A DNA stretch of 64,000 bases from an uncultured Verrucomicrobiae bacterium (GCA_963762565.1 CAVXLD010000001.1:64001-128000); one strand, 5' to 3'. Shown: positions 18,863-30,089, counted from the first letter of the stretch. Notes: generated from the sequence alone by a model not told the origin. Translations and numbers: made by a program.

Positions 18863-20298
18863 TTCACGCTAGCCGTCGCCGGTTCTGCATGATTTCCGTT
18901 TAGCTCCCGGTTGTCCGCCCGTTTGGCGGTCTTTGATTTGGCGGTGTTCAGCGCTAATTCCAACATAGGGCCGGGGAATTGCCGGCATGCTTTCAGCGTC
19001 TCATCGAATGCGTTAACAAAATAATCGACCTCTTTTTCGCCGATCATCAGGGGTGGCAGTATCTTGATCACATCCATGTTATGCCCAGCCACCTGAGTTA
19101 GCACTCGATGTTTGCTGACCAACGGCACCACCACCATCTGGGGAAAGAGCGCTCGATCGATTTTATGCAAGAGGCGCCAAGCTAACTTCAAGCTAAGCTC
19201 GGGCGGTTCGGCGAATTCGATCGCGATCATAAGACCTTTACCTCGCACCTCCTTTAGAAACGTATGCTTACGCCGAAGCGCGTCCAAACGTTCAACCAGC
19301 AAGTCTCCCATCCGGGCTGAGTTCTCGATCAGATTTTCCGATTCTAACACGGCCAAACTGGCCAGTCCGCAGGTCATGGCGAGGTTATTACGTCCGAACG
19401 TACTGGAGTGGACGACGCAACGATCCAGCCGGCTAAAGACTTTTTGGTAGATGGCTCGCCTCGTAATGATCGCACCGCACGGCACGTAGCCGCCGCTTAA
19501 GCTCTTAGCCACTGTAACAATATCTGGCTCTAGGCCCCAGTGCTCGAAGGCCCACCATTTTCCAGTACGTCCAAGGCCGGTTTGAATCTCATCACAAATA
19601 AATAATGTCCCGTACTTCCGGCAAAGAATCTGAGCCTGAATAAAAAAATCGTCTTTAGGGCATTTGACTCCTTTGCCCTGGACCGGCTCGACCAAAAAAG
19701 CGGCCACATTCTTTCCGCGCAGAAGCCGATCGAGCGTCGCCAAATCTCCGATCTTGACTCGCTCAACGTTCGGCATCAATGGGCCGAATCCTTCCTGAAA
19801 GTTAGTGATCCCGGTGACCGAGAGTGAGCCATAACTTAGCCCGTGGTAACCTCCATGGAGAGCGACCAACCCGGGACGACCGGTCGCTGCACGCGCAAAT
19901 TTTAACGCTCCCTCAATGGCCTCGGTTCCGGAGTTGCAGAAAAAGATGGCCTCAAGATGCGGCGGAGTCTTCTTTAACAGCGCTTCGGCCAAAAGACCGC
20001 TCAACAGCGAGCAATCCATTTGCACCATATTGGGCAGGTCCAGATCAAGGGCGTCCCGAATTGCTTGCTTAATGACGGGATGGTTGCGTCCCATATTGAA
20101 GACGCTGTAACCGCTTAAAAAATCAAGGTAAGCATTGCCGGCTGCATCGTAGAGGTAGGCCCCCTCTGCTCGCGTATAAACCCGGTCAAACCCAGTGATA
20201 CGCAAAACTTCAACCAGCGTCGGATTCAGGTGCTTGGCATGAAGCTGATAATTGTCACCCATGCGTGATGACACCAAGCTCTTAAGATCAAAGGACAT
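18856..20298 (-). CDS. Class III aminotransferase, HpnO-like
   Basis: DFLSGY, NSGTEA, DEIQTGLGRTG, AKSLSGG; N-terminal LHAKHLNP and C-terminal VLTQVAGH..VIKILPPL resemble HpnO. Confidence 0.85.
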   Translation of the reverse strand: MSFDLKSLVSSRMGDNYQLHAKHLNPTLVEVLRITGFDRVYTRAEGAYLYDAAGNAYLDFLSGYSVFNMGRNHPVIKQAIRDALDLDLPNMVQMDCSLLSGLLAEALLKKTPPHLEAIFFCNSGTEAIEGALKFARAATGRPGLVALHGGYHGLSYGSLSVTGITNFQEGFGPLMPNVERVKIGDLATLDRLLRGKNVAAFLVEPVQGKGVKCPKDDFFIQAQILCRKYGTLFICDEIQTGLGRTGKWWAFEHWGLEPDIVTVAKSLSGGYVPCGAIITRRAIYQKVFSRLDRCVVHSSTFGRNNLAMTCGLASLAVLESENLIENSARMGDLLVERLDALRRKHTFLKEVRGKGLMIAIEFAEPPELSLKLAWRLLHKIDRALFPQMVVVPLVSKHRVLTQVAGHNMDVIKILPPLMIGEKEVDYFVNAFDETLKACRQFPGPMLELALNTAKSKTAKRADNRELNGNHAEPATASVNG

Positions 20299-20340
20299 TT
20301 TGGTATGAAACTGATGAACCGTAGGCGAGTTCCCAGCAAT

Positions 20341-20545
20341 GGCAAGGCGAGACGAGAGGCGAAACGGCGAAACGGCGTATGGGCGAAACGGCGTATGGCG
20401 TACCGGCTGTGGGCGCTTGGAGGCGCATAGCGCTGAAGTGAATTTAGCTTAGAGGCTAAATTCTTCGCGGCCCGAAGGCTTTCGGGGCCAGGGGTTCGCG
20501 CTGTCGATCGCCGTTTCGCCCAATCGCCCATTCGCCGTTTCGTTC
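20341..20545. repeat. Inverted octamer arms (GGCGAAAC/GGCGTATG) ... (CGCCGTTT/CGCCCATT)
   Basis: Left arm 20345-20400, right arm 20509-20541. Confidence 0.8.
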
Positions 20546-20581
20546 CGCGTGGCGCGATTATGGCTATTATTGCCGGATCGT

Positions 20582-20899
20582 ATGCAATTTATTCCTTGGA
20601 TGGCATTCCTCCTGGCGGCAATTTTTGAGGTGGGCGGCGACGCCGTGATCCGGATGGGGATAAAGAGCAATAACCTTGTGCTGATGTTGCTAGGCGCTGC
20701 AACGCTCGGCGGGTACGGCCTTATCGTAAACTCCGTTGATTGGAGCTTCGCAAAGATCTTCGGCGTTTACGTCGGCGCGTTTGCCCTGGTTGCAGTTCTT
20801 TTCGGCAAATTCTTATTCCGGGAACAGATCCCGCTCAGTACCTGGATCGGGCTGGCCATTATCGTCACGGGTGGATTGGTCATTCAGTTTGGAAGGTAA
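20582..20899 (+). CDS. Small 4-TM membrane protein (YnfA/SMR-like)
   Basis: FLLAAIFEVGGD, GVYVG, four hydrophobic segments. Confidence 0.75.
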   Translation: MQFIPWMAFLLAAIFEVGGDAVIRMGIKSNNLVLMLLGAATLGGYGLIVNSVDWSFAKIFGVYVGAFALVAVLFGKFLFREQIPLSTWIGLAIIVTGGLVIQFGR

Positions 20900-20914
20900 C
20901 ACCCGCACCGCCAA

Positions 20915-21015
20915 AGTAAGCAGTAAGCAGTAAGCAGTAAGCGGTAAGCAGTACGGAGGTGTTCCGACGCGTTCTGGACTGATTACTGACACACTGCTAC
21001 TCCTTACTGCTTACT
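20915..21015. repeat. Inverted heptamer arms (CAGTAAG)n ... (TTACTG-type)
   Basis: agtaagcagtaagcagtaag... / ttactgac...ttactgcttact. Confidence 0.8.
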
Positions 21016-21020
21016 TTTCC

Positions 21021-22811
21021 CTAGTGGTGGCATCTCGCCACCGCCAGTGCCACGACGAAAGCCACAATCGGAATAGTCGCCGAGATGACGACCAGACGGA
21101 CGCCTCGCCAGCGCGTCTTCCACATTTTTGGCGAGCGCAGACGACTGCTCCGGCCGGTTAACCGGACCGAGTCCGGGTCGTCCAGCTCCGCTTTCATGGC
21201 GGCTGCGGTCTGATAACGTTTGGACGGTTCGCGCTCCATCGCGTGGAGAATAATCTCCTCCAGCTGCTCGCTAATTTGCGGATTTCGTTTGCGCGGTGCC
21301 ACTGGGTCACCGGCGATCCGCGAGTTCATGACAATAAAGGGGTTCGGTCCCTCGAAGGGGACTCGCCCGGTTGTCATTTCGTACAGCATCGCGCCAAGGC
21401 TATAAATATCAGTTCGCTCATCTCCCCGGCGGCCTTTCACCTGTTCGGGAGCCATATAATCCGGTGTCCCCATGGCCGGACTTAATCCGGCGAACGTGAT
21501 GCGCCTCATCTCGGTCGCTTTAGCAATTCCGAAGTCCATGATTCGAATTGAGCCGTCCTCACAGACCATCACATTTTGAGGTTTGAGATCCCGATGCACC
21601 ACCTTTTGCTCGTGCATATGAGAAAGCGCATCACAGAGGGCGCTGGCGATCTGAACTGCGTCCGAGATCGGAAGCGGGCGAATCTCCTGCATGACTTCGC
21701 TTAGGGTTCGCCCCTGCAAATACTCCATCACGATGTACGGGCGACTCTGATCCGGTACCGTGACGAATCGTAGGATATTGGGATGGTTCAGGCGTCTGCC
21801 GATCTCGGCCTCCCGCTGGAATCTTGCAAATGTTCCGGGATCGGATTCGTACTGCATGTAGGGAACTTTGACCGCGACAGTATCTCCATTTGAAAGGTCG
21901 GTAGCCTTATAGATCGACGCCATGCCGCTGCGATTAACCACGCTTTCGATGCGAAAGCGGCTGTCTAGAACATCCCCGACCTGGACTTCGTGTTGCATGC
22001 GGTTTTCCAGCTCCCCCTGGGAGTTCTTCAGAAACGAGATGGGTGAGTCATACTTCGGGTCAACTAGACGGTCAATCTGGATCACCTGGGCGGTCAGGTT
22101 GTCATCTGTAACCCGTCTTTCCGCTAAGGAAATCAGATATGGACAGATCTCGTCCATATTTAATCGATCGACCCCTTCGGATATTTCTCCGTCGTTTACA
22201 AAGCAGTAAAGCCCGTCGGTGCACAGGAGGACCCTGTCGCGCGACATCAATTTGATCCGCTTGAAATCGCAACGAACAACGGGCTCATGTCCGACCGTCC
22301 GGGTTAACATCGACCGAAGATTACTGGCGCGGGCTTCGTGTTCGGTGATCAACCGGAGTTTCAATTGTAGCCCGGTGTAAGAATGATCATCCGTCAATCT
22401 CTTGATCTGCTCGTTTCGGACTAGATAAGCCCGGGAATCCCCGACGTGGCCAATCGACAGCTCTCTGTCGCGAAAGATGCAGACGGTTAAAGTTGTAGCC
22501 ATGCGTCCGCCCTGTGGGTTTTCCATACCCGACTCGTAAATGGCTAAATTTGCCCGCAGGAAAATCTCTTTTAGAATCTGTCTGGTTGTAAGCGAAGGGC
22601 TCGCTTGGCGAAAAACCTCCAGCGCGACATTCACAGCTAATTGGCTGGCGACGTCACCGTTACTCTGGCCGCCGACACCATCGGCAATGATCGCTACCGA
22701 GCCTTGTTGGCGCCGGACCTGGTCGTCCGCAGGTTCCCAAAAAGCGATTGCGTCTTCGTTGCGATCTCGCTTCGGACCGGGGGAAGAGAGCGAGAATTGG
22801 CTGAGGCGCAT
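21021..22811 (-). CDS. Bifunctional PP2C phosphatase / Ser-Thr kinase with C-terminal TM
   Basis: RNED, ADGVGG, HVGDSRAY, LCTDGL, DDNLT; then VAVK, HRDLKPQN, DFG, GTPDYMAPEQ, DIYSLG. Confidence 0.93.
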   Translation of the reverse strand: MRLSQFSLSSPGPKRDRNEDAIAFWEPADDQVRRQQGSVAIIADGVGGQSNGDVASQLAVNVALEVFRQASPSLTTRQILKEIFLRANLAIYESGMENPQGGRMATTLTVCIFRDRELSIGHVGDSRAYLVRNEQIKRLTDDHSYTGLQLKLRLITEHEARASNLRSMLTRTVGHEPVVRCDFKRIKLMSRDRVLLCTDGLYCFVNDGEISEGVDRLNMDEICPYLISLAERRVTDDNLTAQVIQIDRLVDPKYDSPISFLKNSQGELENRMQHEVQVGDVLDSRFRIESVVNRSGMASIYKATDLSNGDTVAVKVPYMQYESDPGTFARFQREAEIGRRLNHPNILRFVTVPDQSRPYIVMEYLQGRTLSEVMQEIRPLPISDAVQIASALCDALSHMHEQKVVHRDLKPQNVMVCEDGSIRIMDFGIAKATEMRRITFAGLSPAMGTPDYMAPEQVKGRRGDERTDIYSLGAMLYEMTTGRVPFEGPNPFIVMNSRIAGDPVAPRKRNPQISEQLEEIILHAMEREPSKRYQTAAAMKAELDDPDSVRLTGRSSRLRSPKMWKTRWRGVRLVVISATIPIVAFVVALAVARCHH

Positions 22812-22965
22812 TGGACAATCAGATAGCCTGGATCGGCCACAAATCGCCAGCGATTTGTGGCCGATCCAGGCTACAGGCTTCTAGGACCGGGGCATCTGCA
22901 CATGCAGTACCCCGGTCCTAATGAAAACCTCACGAGCGACGGAGTAGCACGTGGCGTGCCACCGG

Positions 22966-23225
22966 GGCGTTTGGCGTTTGGCGTTTGGCGTTTGGCGTTC
23001 GGCGTATCGGCGTGCCGGCGATGGGGAGGGATCGCGTCCTCGCGATCCGTTGTGACCGGAACACGCTTGCCGAACCCAAGGTTAGCTAGGTCCTGGGCTT
23101 TGACCTCGCCTTTAAAGCGCGCGGGGACGCGCGCCCTCCCCGAAAACCGACCTTTCGCCGTTTCGCCGGGCTTCGCGCCGGTTTCGCCGGTGCGCCGTTT
23201 CGCCCCCTCGCCGACACGCCCCATC
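22966..23225. repeat. Composite: (GGCGTTT)n and octamer arms enclosing REP family D
   Basis: ggagggatcgcgtcctcgcgatccg hairpin at 23025, closing gcggggacgcgcgccctccc, then cgccgttt-type arm. Confidence 0.78.
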
Positions 23226-23284
23226 GCCAACAAACCACACCCAAAACGCTGATCGGGGTTGCGCTGTCGTTTGGCTGCGCAACA

Positions 23285-24049
23285 ATGAATATCAGATCTG
23301 TGAACCCAAAATCTGCTCCTGTTTCTGTTGCTGAACACTACCAGAGCCTCTTGGCCGACCGATACAGCTGGATGTTTGGTTCGTTTGAGCAAAAGGCGGC
23401 CGAACAAGAGGCGTTGTTCAAAAGGTTAAGCCTCCACCATGATCCCAAAGGTCCGGCGCTCGACCTCGGCTGCGGCTCCGGCTTTCAATCGATAGCCTTG
23501 GCCCGACTCGGATTTGAAGTAACCTCTATCGACTTTAGTGAACGGTTACTGGAAGAATTGACCCAACACCAAGGCTCGCTTCCGATCACGGCTTTACACG
23601 GCGATTTCCGCGATCTCAGGGAATTTCCCGATGATTCGAACGAAGTCGTGGCTTGCATGGGAGACAGTCTCATCCATTTGCCAGCGAGATCCGATATCCC
23701 CGAGCTCTTCCGTGAAATAAAAAGAATACTGAAGCCCGGGGGCAAGGTGATCATCAGCTTCCGGGACGTAAACGCCGAGCTGAAAGGTTTAGACCGGTTC
23801 ATCCCGATAAAATCTGATGCCGAGCGGATCATGACTTGCGTCTTGGAATATGAAACCGAGACGGTCGTGGTGACCGACCTTTTCTACGAGCGCACCCAAT
23901 CCGGGTGGTCTTTCCACAAGAGCTCCTATCGCAAACTTCGGATTGCTCCCAGCGCCGTGGCCGAAGAACTGCGCGGCGCAGGTTTGGCGGTGACATTCCG
24001 CGATGTCATCGCCGGGTTTCAGATTCTGGCGGCGGTGAAAAACCCGTGA
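23285..24049 (+). CDS. Class I SAM-dependent methyltransferase
   Basis: ALDLGCGSG, IDFSERLL, ACMGDSLIHL, LKPGG. Confidence 0.9.
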   Translation: MNIRSVNPKSAPVSVAEHYQSLLADRYSWMFGSFEQKAAEQEALFKRLSLHHDPKGPALDLGCGSGFQSIALARLGFEVTSIDFSERLLEELTQHQGSLPITALHGDFRDLREFPDDSNEVVACMGDSLIHLPARSDIPELFREIKRILKPGGKVIISFRDVNAELKGLDRFIPIKSDAERIMTCVLEYETETVVVTDLFYERTQSGWSFHKSSYRKLRIAPSAVAEELRGAGLAVTFRDVIAGFQILAAVKNP

Positions 24050-24051
24050 GG

Positions 24052-24320
24052 GGCGTGTCGGCGAAACGGCGAATGGGCGAATGCGAATGGGCGAATGGGT
24101 ATCGGCGACGGGAGGGATCGCGTCCTCGCGATCCGTTGTGACCGGAGGAATGCGCTTGACGGTCCAAGGGCGATGCGATGCGCACGCATAGCTCAAATCC
24201 GGCCCGGTTGAGCTAGCGAAGTCGTTGCCGTAGGGCGCGCCGAGATTTTCGCCCCAACAGGCGCTTCGCCCACTCGCCCATTCGCCCATTCGCCGTTTCG
24301 CCCTTTCGCCCACTCGCCTC
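24052..24320. repeat. Composite: octamer arms enclosing REP family D left arm and family A right arm
   Basis: gggagggatcgcgtcctcgcgatccgttgtgaccgga (24110-24146) identical to 23024-23060; gggcgcgccgagattttcgccc at about 24233. Confidence 0.78.
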
Positions 24321-24981
24321 ACTTCTCCATCCAACCGTCCTTCAGCCGCACGATGCGCTTGCCGTAGGACGCATTTTCCTCAGAGTGCGTTACCTGTATG
24401 ATTGTCGTACCCTCAGAGTTAAGCCGCTTAAAGAGCTCCATTATCTCGCGGGCCTGATCCGAATGCAGGTTACCGGTCGGCTCATCGGCCAGAATCAGCT
24501 CCGGATTGGCCACAATGGCTCGGACAACCGCCACCAATTGTTGTTGGCCGCCGGACAATTGGCTGGGGAAAAGATCACGTTTGCCTACGATATTGAACCG
24601 ATCCAAAGCGTCACAAACAATTGACTCCCGTTGGGATGGCAGCACATCCCGGTACGATAATGGTAACTCTATATTCTCGTAAACGGTTAGATCATCCAAA
24701 AGATGATAGGACTGAAACACGAAACCGGTATGCTTCTTGCGAAGGTTTACGCGTTCTTTCTGTTTCAGTTTATGGACCGGTTGCTCCAGTAGATAAAATT
24801 CCCCTTCCCATTCTGCGTCATGCAAACCGAGGATATGCAGAAGAGTGGATTTGCCCGCGCCGGAAGGCCCCATGACCGACACAAAATCACCGGGTTCAAC
24901 GGTCAGATTGATCTGACGTAACACGTAATAAAACCCGTTCTTCAGTTTATAACTTTTCTCGACGTTCTTAAGCTCAATCAT
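24319..24981 (-). CDS. ABC transporter ATP-binding protein (MacB/LolD-type)
   Basis: [26 protein letters not shown]. Confidence 0.95.
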   Translation of the reverse strand: MIELKNVEKSYKLKNGFYYVLRQINLTVEPGDFVSVMGPSGAGKSTLLHILGLHDAEWEGEFYLLEQPVHKLKQKERVNLRKKHTGFVFQSYHLLDDLTVYENIELPLSYRDVLPSQRESIVCDALDRFNIVGKRDLFPSQLSGGQQQLVAVVRAIVANPELILADEPTGNLHSDQAREIMELFKRLNSEGTTIIQVTHSEENASYGKRIVRLKDGWMEK

Positions 24982-24984
24982 TTT

Positions 24985-25068
24985 AAAATTTCACCACAAA
25001 GACACAGAGATCAAGAAGGTCAATCCACAGAATTAATCGCGAATGGACACGAATCGACACGAAATTTT
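24985..25068. repeat. Solo GxxExxY-type nonamer arm plus CACGAAT-type arm
   Basis: aaaatttcaccacaaagacacagagatc; cgcgaatggacacgaatcgacacgaaat. Confidence 0.7.
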
Positions 25069-25070
25069 CT

Positions 25071-27506
25071 TCATTCTCGCAGCGTTTTTATTGGATCTAT
25101 CTGAGTCGCTCGCAGCGCCGGCACCAAGCATGCCACTGAAGCGGCAAAACCGAGTACCGCTACACTTGCGCAGAAAGAAATCGGGTCGACCGCGGAGACG
25201 CCGAACAACATGCTTTCGATTAGCCGACTTAGAAGTAGCGCAGTCATAAGTCCAATCATCAATCCGATACCAGCGATCTTTAGGCCGCTTCCAACAATTA
25301 ACCGGAGAATATCGGAGAGTTGCGCTCCCAGAGCGATCCTCACGCTTAGTTCCCGTTTTCGGAGACTGACTGAATACGAAAGCACGCCGTACAAGCCGAC
25401 GACGGCAAGAACCAGAGCAGCAGCCGAAAACACACCAACTAGCGCCATCTGCAGCCGGCGCGATGCAAACGAATCATAAATCACCTGATTGAACGGGTAA
25501 ATACTGGTTAACGGTAAGTTAGGATCAATCTCGGCAAGTGCTTCTCGCAGACCGTTGACTAAAGCATGTGGATCATTCTGGGTATGAAGCAAAAGGGTAA
25601 AGTCGTTCGTTATCCGCGGCGCGAAAGGAGACTGCGAGTAAAGAAAGTAAACCTGATACGGCGCCCGTGGAGAATCGGGACGATCATGTTGAATCACCGG
25701 AACAAGCCCGACGATCGTATAAACGTTTGGCCTGAGCCCGATACTGTTCACATCGTGAATCTGTTTTCCGATCGGATCCTGCCCGGGGAAAAACCGGTCC
25801 GCGAACTCGGTACTGACAACGATTACTTTTCCTTTATCGGGCCCGTCCTCTTGGTTAAACAGTCGCCCGTGCAACAACGGTATCCCAAACGTACGAAAAT
25901 AATCGATCGATACGATCTGGCTGCGCAAGGCAGGCATATCTTTTAATGGAGGATCGGGCTGACCAACGATGCCAAAAGCATTGGTACCAAACCCGCCGCT
26001 AAAGGGTAAATCATCGACCAGCGCGGTCGATATCACGCCGGGCAGCTGTTGGACTTTATCCAACAGCTTATCCAAGAAAACCTTACACGCGGCTTGGGTC
26101 GGATACTTTGCATCAGCGAGATAAACTTCAGCAGTCAAAATATGATCTGTCCTGAAGCCGAGAGAGACGCTCTGGATAGCCTGCAGGCTTCGCATGAGCA
26201 AGCCTGCCCCGGTCAAAAGAAGGCAGCTAAGAGCGACCTGCACTGCGACCAATATCGCCTGGGTTCGTTGCCGGTGACCGGACCTTCCAGCCCGCTCGCT
26301 TTCCCGGCTTAACGCGGAAGCGAGATTGACGCCAGTCCAAGCCGGGAAGAGCCCGGATGCAAGCGCCGTTAACAACATGATTAGCAGAACGAACGCCAGC
26401 GAACCGTTATCAACCGTAACCTCATGTACACGCGGGATGTTGGACGAATCCGCAGTCTTGATCGCCTGCAATGACCAAACCGCTATCCCAACACCGAGTA
26501 TGGCTCCGCCCACGGACAGCACAGCGCTTTCAGTTAGCAGCTGTAAGACCAACCGGGAACGACTCGCACCGAGGGCGGCTCGGATACTGACTTCCTTGAG
26601 ACGTTCTTGAGCTCGCGCCAAAAGCAGGTTCGCGACATTGGCGCAGGTAATCAGCAACAAACAAGCGACCGCCCCTTCTAATAACCACACGGTGGTCGAG
26701 TAATCGCTCACTACTCCCACAAGATAGGGTGCAATCCGAACCCCAAATCCGGCATCCGTGGCTGGATACGTCGCAATCAGATTTTGCTGAATCACCTCGA
26801 GGTCCGCCTGAGCCTGTTGGAGCGTGACCCCCTCTTTCAACCGGCCAACACATTCATAATAGGGGGCTCCGCGCCGGATCTTTTTGTTTGGGGCAAAGTC
26901 CGGGTCTTGGGTTGTCGGTGCATAAAGCTCAACATTGAACTCCTCGTCTGCTTGCCCTGGGGTAACGCCTACAACCTGGAAACTCCGGGAGCCTAATAGG
27001 ATGCTTCTCCCGATAACGGTTGGATCCGAGTTGAAGTGTGTCCGCCATAGATGTTCGCTAAGAACAACGACAGCGGCTGCACCCGGCCGATCGTCTTCCT
27101 CATCTAAAGGGCGTCCAAGAATTAACGGCCGCCCCATCACTCCAAAGAATGCTCCCGAGACATACAAACCCGGAATTTGCTCGGCGGGACCTCTCCCAGT
27201 TAGGTCGAACCAATCAAGATCGAAGGCAGCTAATCCGCTGAATGATTGTTGCGAGGCGCAGTAGTCAGCAAAATCGGGATAGTCAAAACCCCACGCGTTA
27301 TCGTTTTTGACAGTTCGGTCCAAACGGAACAACCGATCCGCATTTGGATAAGGCAACGGCTTTAACAGTACTCCATTAACCAAGCTGAATATCGCCGTGT
27401 TCGCTCCCATGCCCAGTCCAAGAATCAGCACCGCCATCAGGGTAAAGCCAGGCGATTTAAGTAATTGCCGGATCGTGTAGCGGAGATGGGAAACCAGGCT
27501 TCGCAT
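25071..27506 (-). CDS. MacB/FtsX-type duplicated ABC permease (ADOP family), copy 7
   Basis: LLKSPGF..LGLGMGANTAIFS, CANVANLLLAR, IRAALGASR, IDPIKTLRE. Confidence 0.93.
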   Translation of the reverse strand: MRSLVSHLRYTIRQLLKSPGFTLMAVLILGLGMGANTAIFSLVNGVLLKPLPYPNADRLFRLDRTVKNDNAWGFDYPDFADYCASQQSFSGLAAFDLDWFDLTGRGPAEQIPGLYVSGAFFGVMGRPLILGRPLDEEDDRPGAAAVVVLSEHLWRTHFNSDPTVIGRSILLGSRSFQVVGVTPGQADEEFNVELYAPTTQDPDFAPNKKIRRGAPYYECVGRLKEGVTLQQAQADLEVIQQNLIATYPATDAGFGVRIAPYLVGVVSDYSTTVWLLEGAVACLLLITCANVANLLLARAQERLKEVSIRAALGASRSRLVLQLLTESAVLSVGGAILGVGIAVWSLQAIKTADSSNIPRVHEVTVDNGSLAFVLLIMLLTALASGLFPAWTGVNLASALSRESERAGRSGHRQRTQAILVAVQVALSCLLLTGAGLLMRSLQAIQSVSLGFRTDHILTAEVYLADAKYPTQAACKVFLDKLLDKVQQLPGVISTALVDDLPFSGGFGTNAFGIVGQPDPPLKDMPALRSQIVSIDYFRTFGIPLLHGRLFNQEDGPDKGKVIVVSTEFADRFFPGQDPIGKQIHDVNSIGLRPNVYTIVGLVPVIQHDRPDSPRAPYQVYFLYSQSPFAPRITNDFTLLLHTQNDPHALVNGLREALAEIDPNLPLTSIYPFNQVIYDSFASRRLQMALVGVFSAAALVLAVVGLYGVLSYSVSLRKRELSVRIALGAQLSDILRLIVGSGLKIAGIGLMIGLMTALLLSRLIESMLFGVSAVDPISFCASVAVLGFAASVACLVPALRATQIDPIKTLRE

Positions 27507-27515
27507 TGGGGACTA

Positions 27516-27625
27516 GGAAATTTCACCACAAAGACACAAAGGTCACGAAGGTCAGAAATCTGTTTAGACGAAGGCTTTCATTATTTCGAAACTTCGTGTT
27601 CTTCGTGTCTTTGTGGTGGAATATT
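27516..27625. repeat. Gene-less GxxExxY-type palindromic element
   Basis: ggaaatttcaccacaaagacacaaaggtcacgaag / cttcgtgttcttcgtgtctttgtggtggaatatt. Confidence 0.82.
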
Positions 27626-30075
27626 CACTCTCTGAGTGTCTTCATCGGATCGATTCTGGCCGCCTTGAGAGCTGGTAATAAACAAGCCAAGAGCGCCGCC
27701 AGTCCCAGCACGAACACTGCGGCTAGCAATGACAACGGATCGCTTCCGGATACTCCATATAAGACTCCTTGAATCAGCCGGGTAAGAACCAGAGCTGCCC
27801 CGATCCCGATGAGGAGTCCGGCTCCGACAATCTTCAATCCATGTCGCACAACCAGGCGTAAGATATTTGCAGTCTGGGCTCCCAGCGCGATCCGGACACC
27901 GATCTCGCGTTTCCTTTGTGTCACCGAATAGGCTAGCACTGCGTATAGGCCTACAGCAGATAAGAGCAGGGCCGAACCTGAAAACAGACCCACTAAGAAT
28001 ACCCCTAGTCTTCGAGTTGCAGATCTTTCAGCCAGCAAATCATCAAAAGTTGTCGTGTCCGAAACCAGGACGTCGGAGTCGATTGAGGCAACGAGTTTGC
28101 GAATCGCAGGAATCAGGTCATGCGGATCACCAGCCGAACGCAGCAACAGAGTTTCACTAAACCAGGGACCTTGAGCATCAGGAAAATAGGCCTGATAAGT
28201 GGGCTGAGCGTCATCCGGATTGGCCACCCGAACGTTCTGGGCGACACCAACTATCGTATAATCAAGCTTCTTAAATCCGGAGATTACACCGTTGAAGGCT
28301 ATTTGTTCGCCAATCGGGCTTTTGTCTGGAAAGTAATGCTGCGCGATCGCTTCATCGATGATGACGACAAGTCGGCTATCGACTCGGTCGGCCGAATCGA
28401 AATCTCTTCCCGCTAACAGCGGGATTCGCAGGGTTTGAAAGTAGTCAGTCGAAATCGATTGGGTACCGCATACCGGGACCGGATCCGGGTTAGGGTCGCC
28501 CGGCACGTAAAAGCGGTCACTCAAAAAGTTATGAAATGGTGGAATAGAATTTAGCGCAGCAGACGTCACGCCGGGCAAAGATCGCGCTCGATCAAGCAAC
28601 GTGTTGAGAAATGCCACCATGTTAGCCGTGTGCGCCGCCCGCACGGACGGTTCAGTCTTAGCGGTGCGTGTATATTTGCTGCCATTTAATGACATTCCAG
28701 CGAGAAGGACATGATCGGGATCAAACCCGAGCGGAACGGCTTGGGCGATCTGAAGGCTGCGGGCAAGCAGTCCCGCGCAGATCAGCAGCACACAAGCAAA
28801 AGCGACCTGGAGGGTGACTAAGCCAGTTTGGGTACGCAGCCTTTTTCGGCCGATGGTAGTAGTGTTGCCTTCGTCTTTGAGAGTCGAGCCTAAGTCCGTC
28901 GTGGTAAGGGTCCAAGCCGGAAAAACGCCGAGCAATATTGAACTCAATACCGTGGTTCCTGCGAAAAAGCAGAGGGTCTCAATATTAAAACCGACCTCCT
29001 GGAATCGGGCCGGGGCGTTCGCGGGAGTGAGTACTCGAATAATTTCAAGGCCAAAGAAACCGAAAACCAACCCGGCAACGGCGCCAAACAAGGACAGGCA
29101 AGCACTTTCTAGCAGGGATTCGCCAATTAAATGGAATCGAGCGGCGCCGAGCGCGGTTCGAACCGCGGCTTCCTTCCGCCGGTCCAGCGTCCGAGTCAGG
29201 ATCAGGTTTGCGATATTGGCTGCAGCAATCAGAAACATGCATCCCACTGCGGCGGCGACGAGCCAGAGCGTTGTAGAATAATTACCCACCTCAGTATCTA
29301 AGAGCCCTGCAACGCGAATCCTGTAACCTTTATCGGTCGCCGGGTAGCGATTTATGAGGCCCTGGTGGATACTCTCCAATTCCGCTTGAGCTTGTGAAAG
29401 ACTGACCCCCGGCCTTAGACGCCCCATGCAGAGGAAAGGGTGCCGATCGCGGGCGTTGAAATCTGTTCCCCGCATCAGATGAATCGGCAAGTAAACGTCT
29501 ATTGACTGGCGTTCCACGGTTTGTCTTGGAACAACCCCGATTACCTCCAAGGCTCTCCCACTGATCATCAGTGTCGTCCCAATTACCCCGGGGTCAGCGT
29601 TGAAGTGAGTTCTCCAGAATTTCTCACCTAGCACGACGATGTTAGGTCCTCCTTCTTTGCCTTCAGCACTTGTGAAAGGACGTCCCAGGAGAAAACGGTG
29701 GCCGGAGATCGCAAACATTTCAGGCGAAACGAATTCTCCGCCGATTTGCTCTGCCGCTCCCCGGCCCGTAAGAATCATTTGGCCGCCGGTAAATATCGCT
29801 AGTTCCTGAAAACTGTGTTGGGCGGCCCTGATATCCTCATAGTCAGGGTAATCAAAACCATTGTATTCATCTCTCTGAATCGGCATGAAGAGCACGACCA
29901 ACCTCCCCGGATCAGGAAACGGCAGCGGCTTGAGGATCACCGCGTTAACCAGACTGAAGATTGCCGTATTAAGCGCCAATACCAAGCCCTAGAATTAGCA
30001 CCGCGATGATAGTAAATCCCGGCGACTTAGCGAGTAGCGGAGCGTATAGCGGAGATGAGAGATCAAACCGCGCAT
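27625..30075 (-). pseudogene. ADOP permease copy 6, N-terminus broken by a compensating -1/+1 indel pair
   Basis: Start MRGLISHLRYTLR at 30075 is in frame with the 786-aa ORF, but the intervening AKSPGFTIIAVLILGLGIGA lies in a shifted frame, creating a stop at 29995. Confidence 0.8.
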
Positions 30076-30089
30076 CCCACGCGTAGGGC

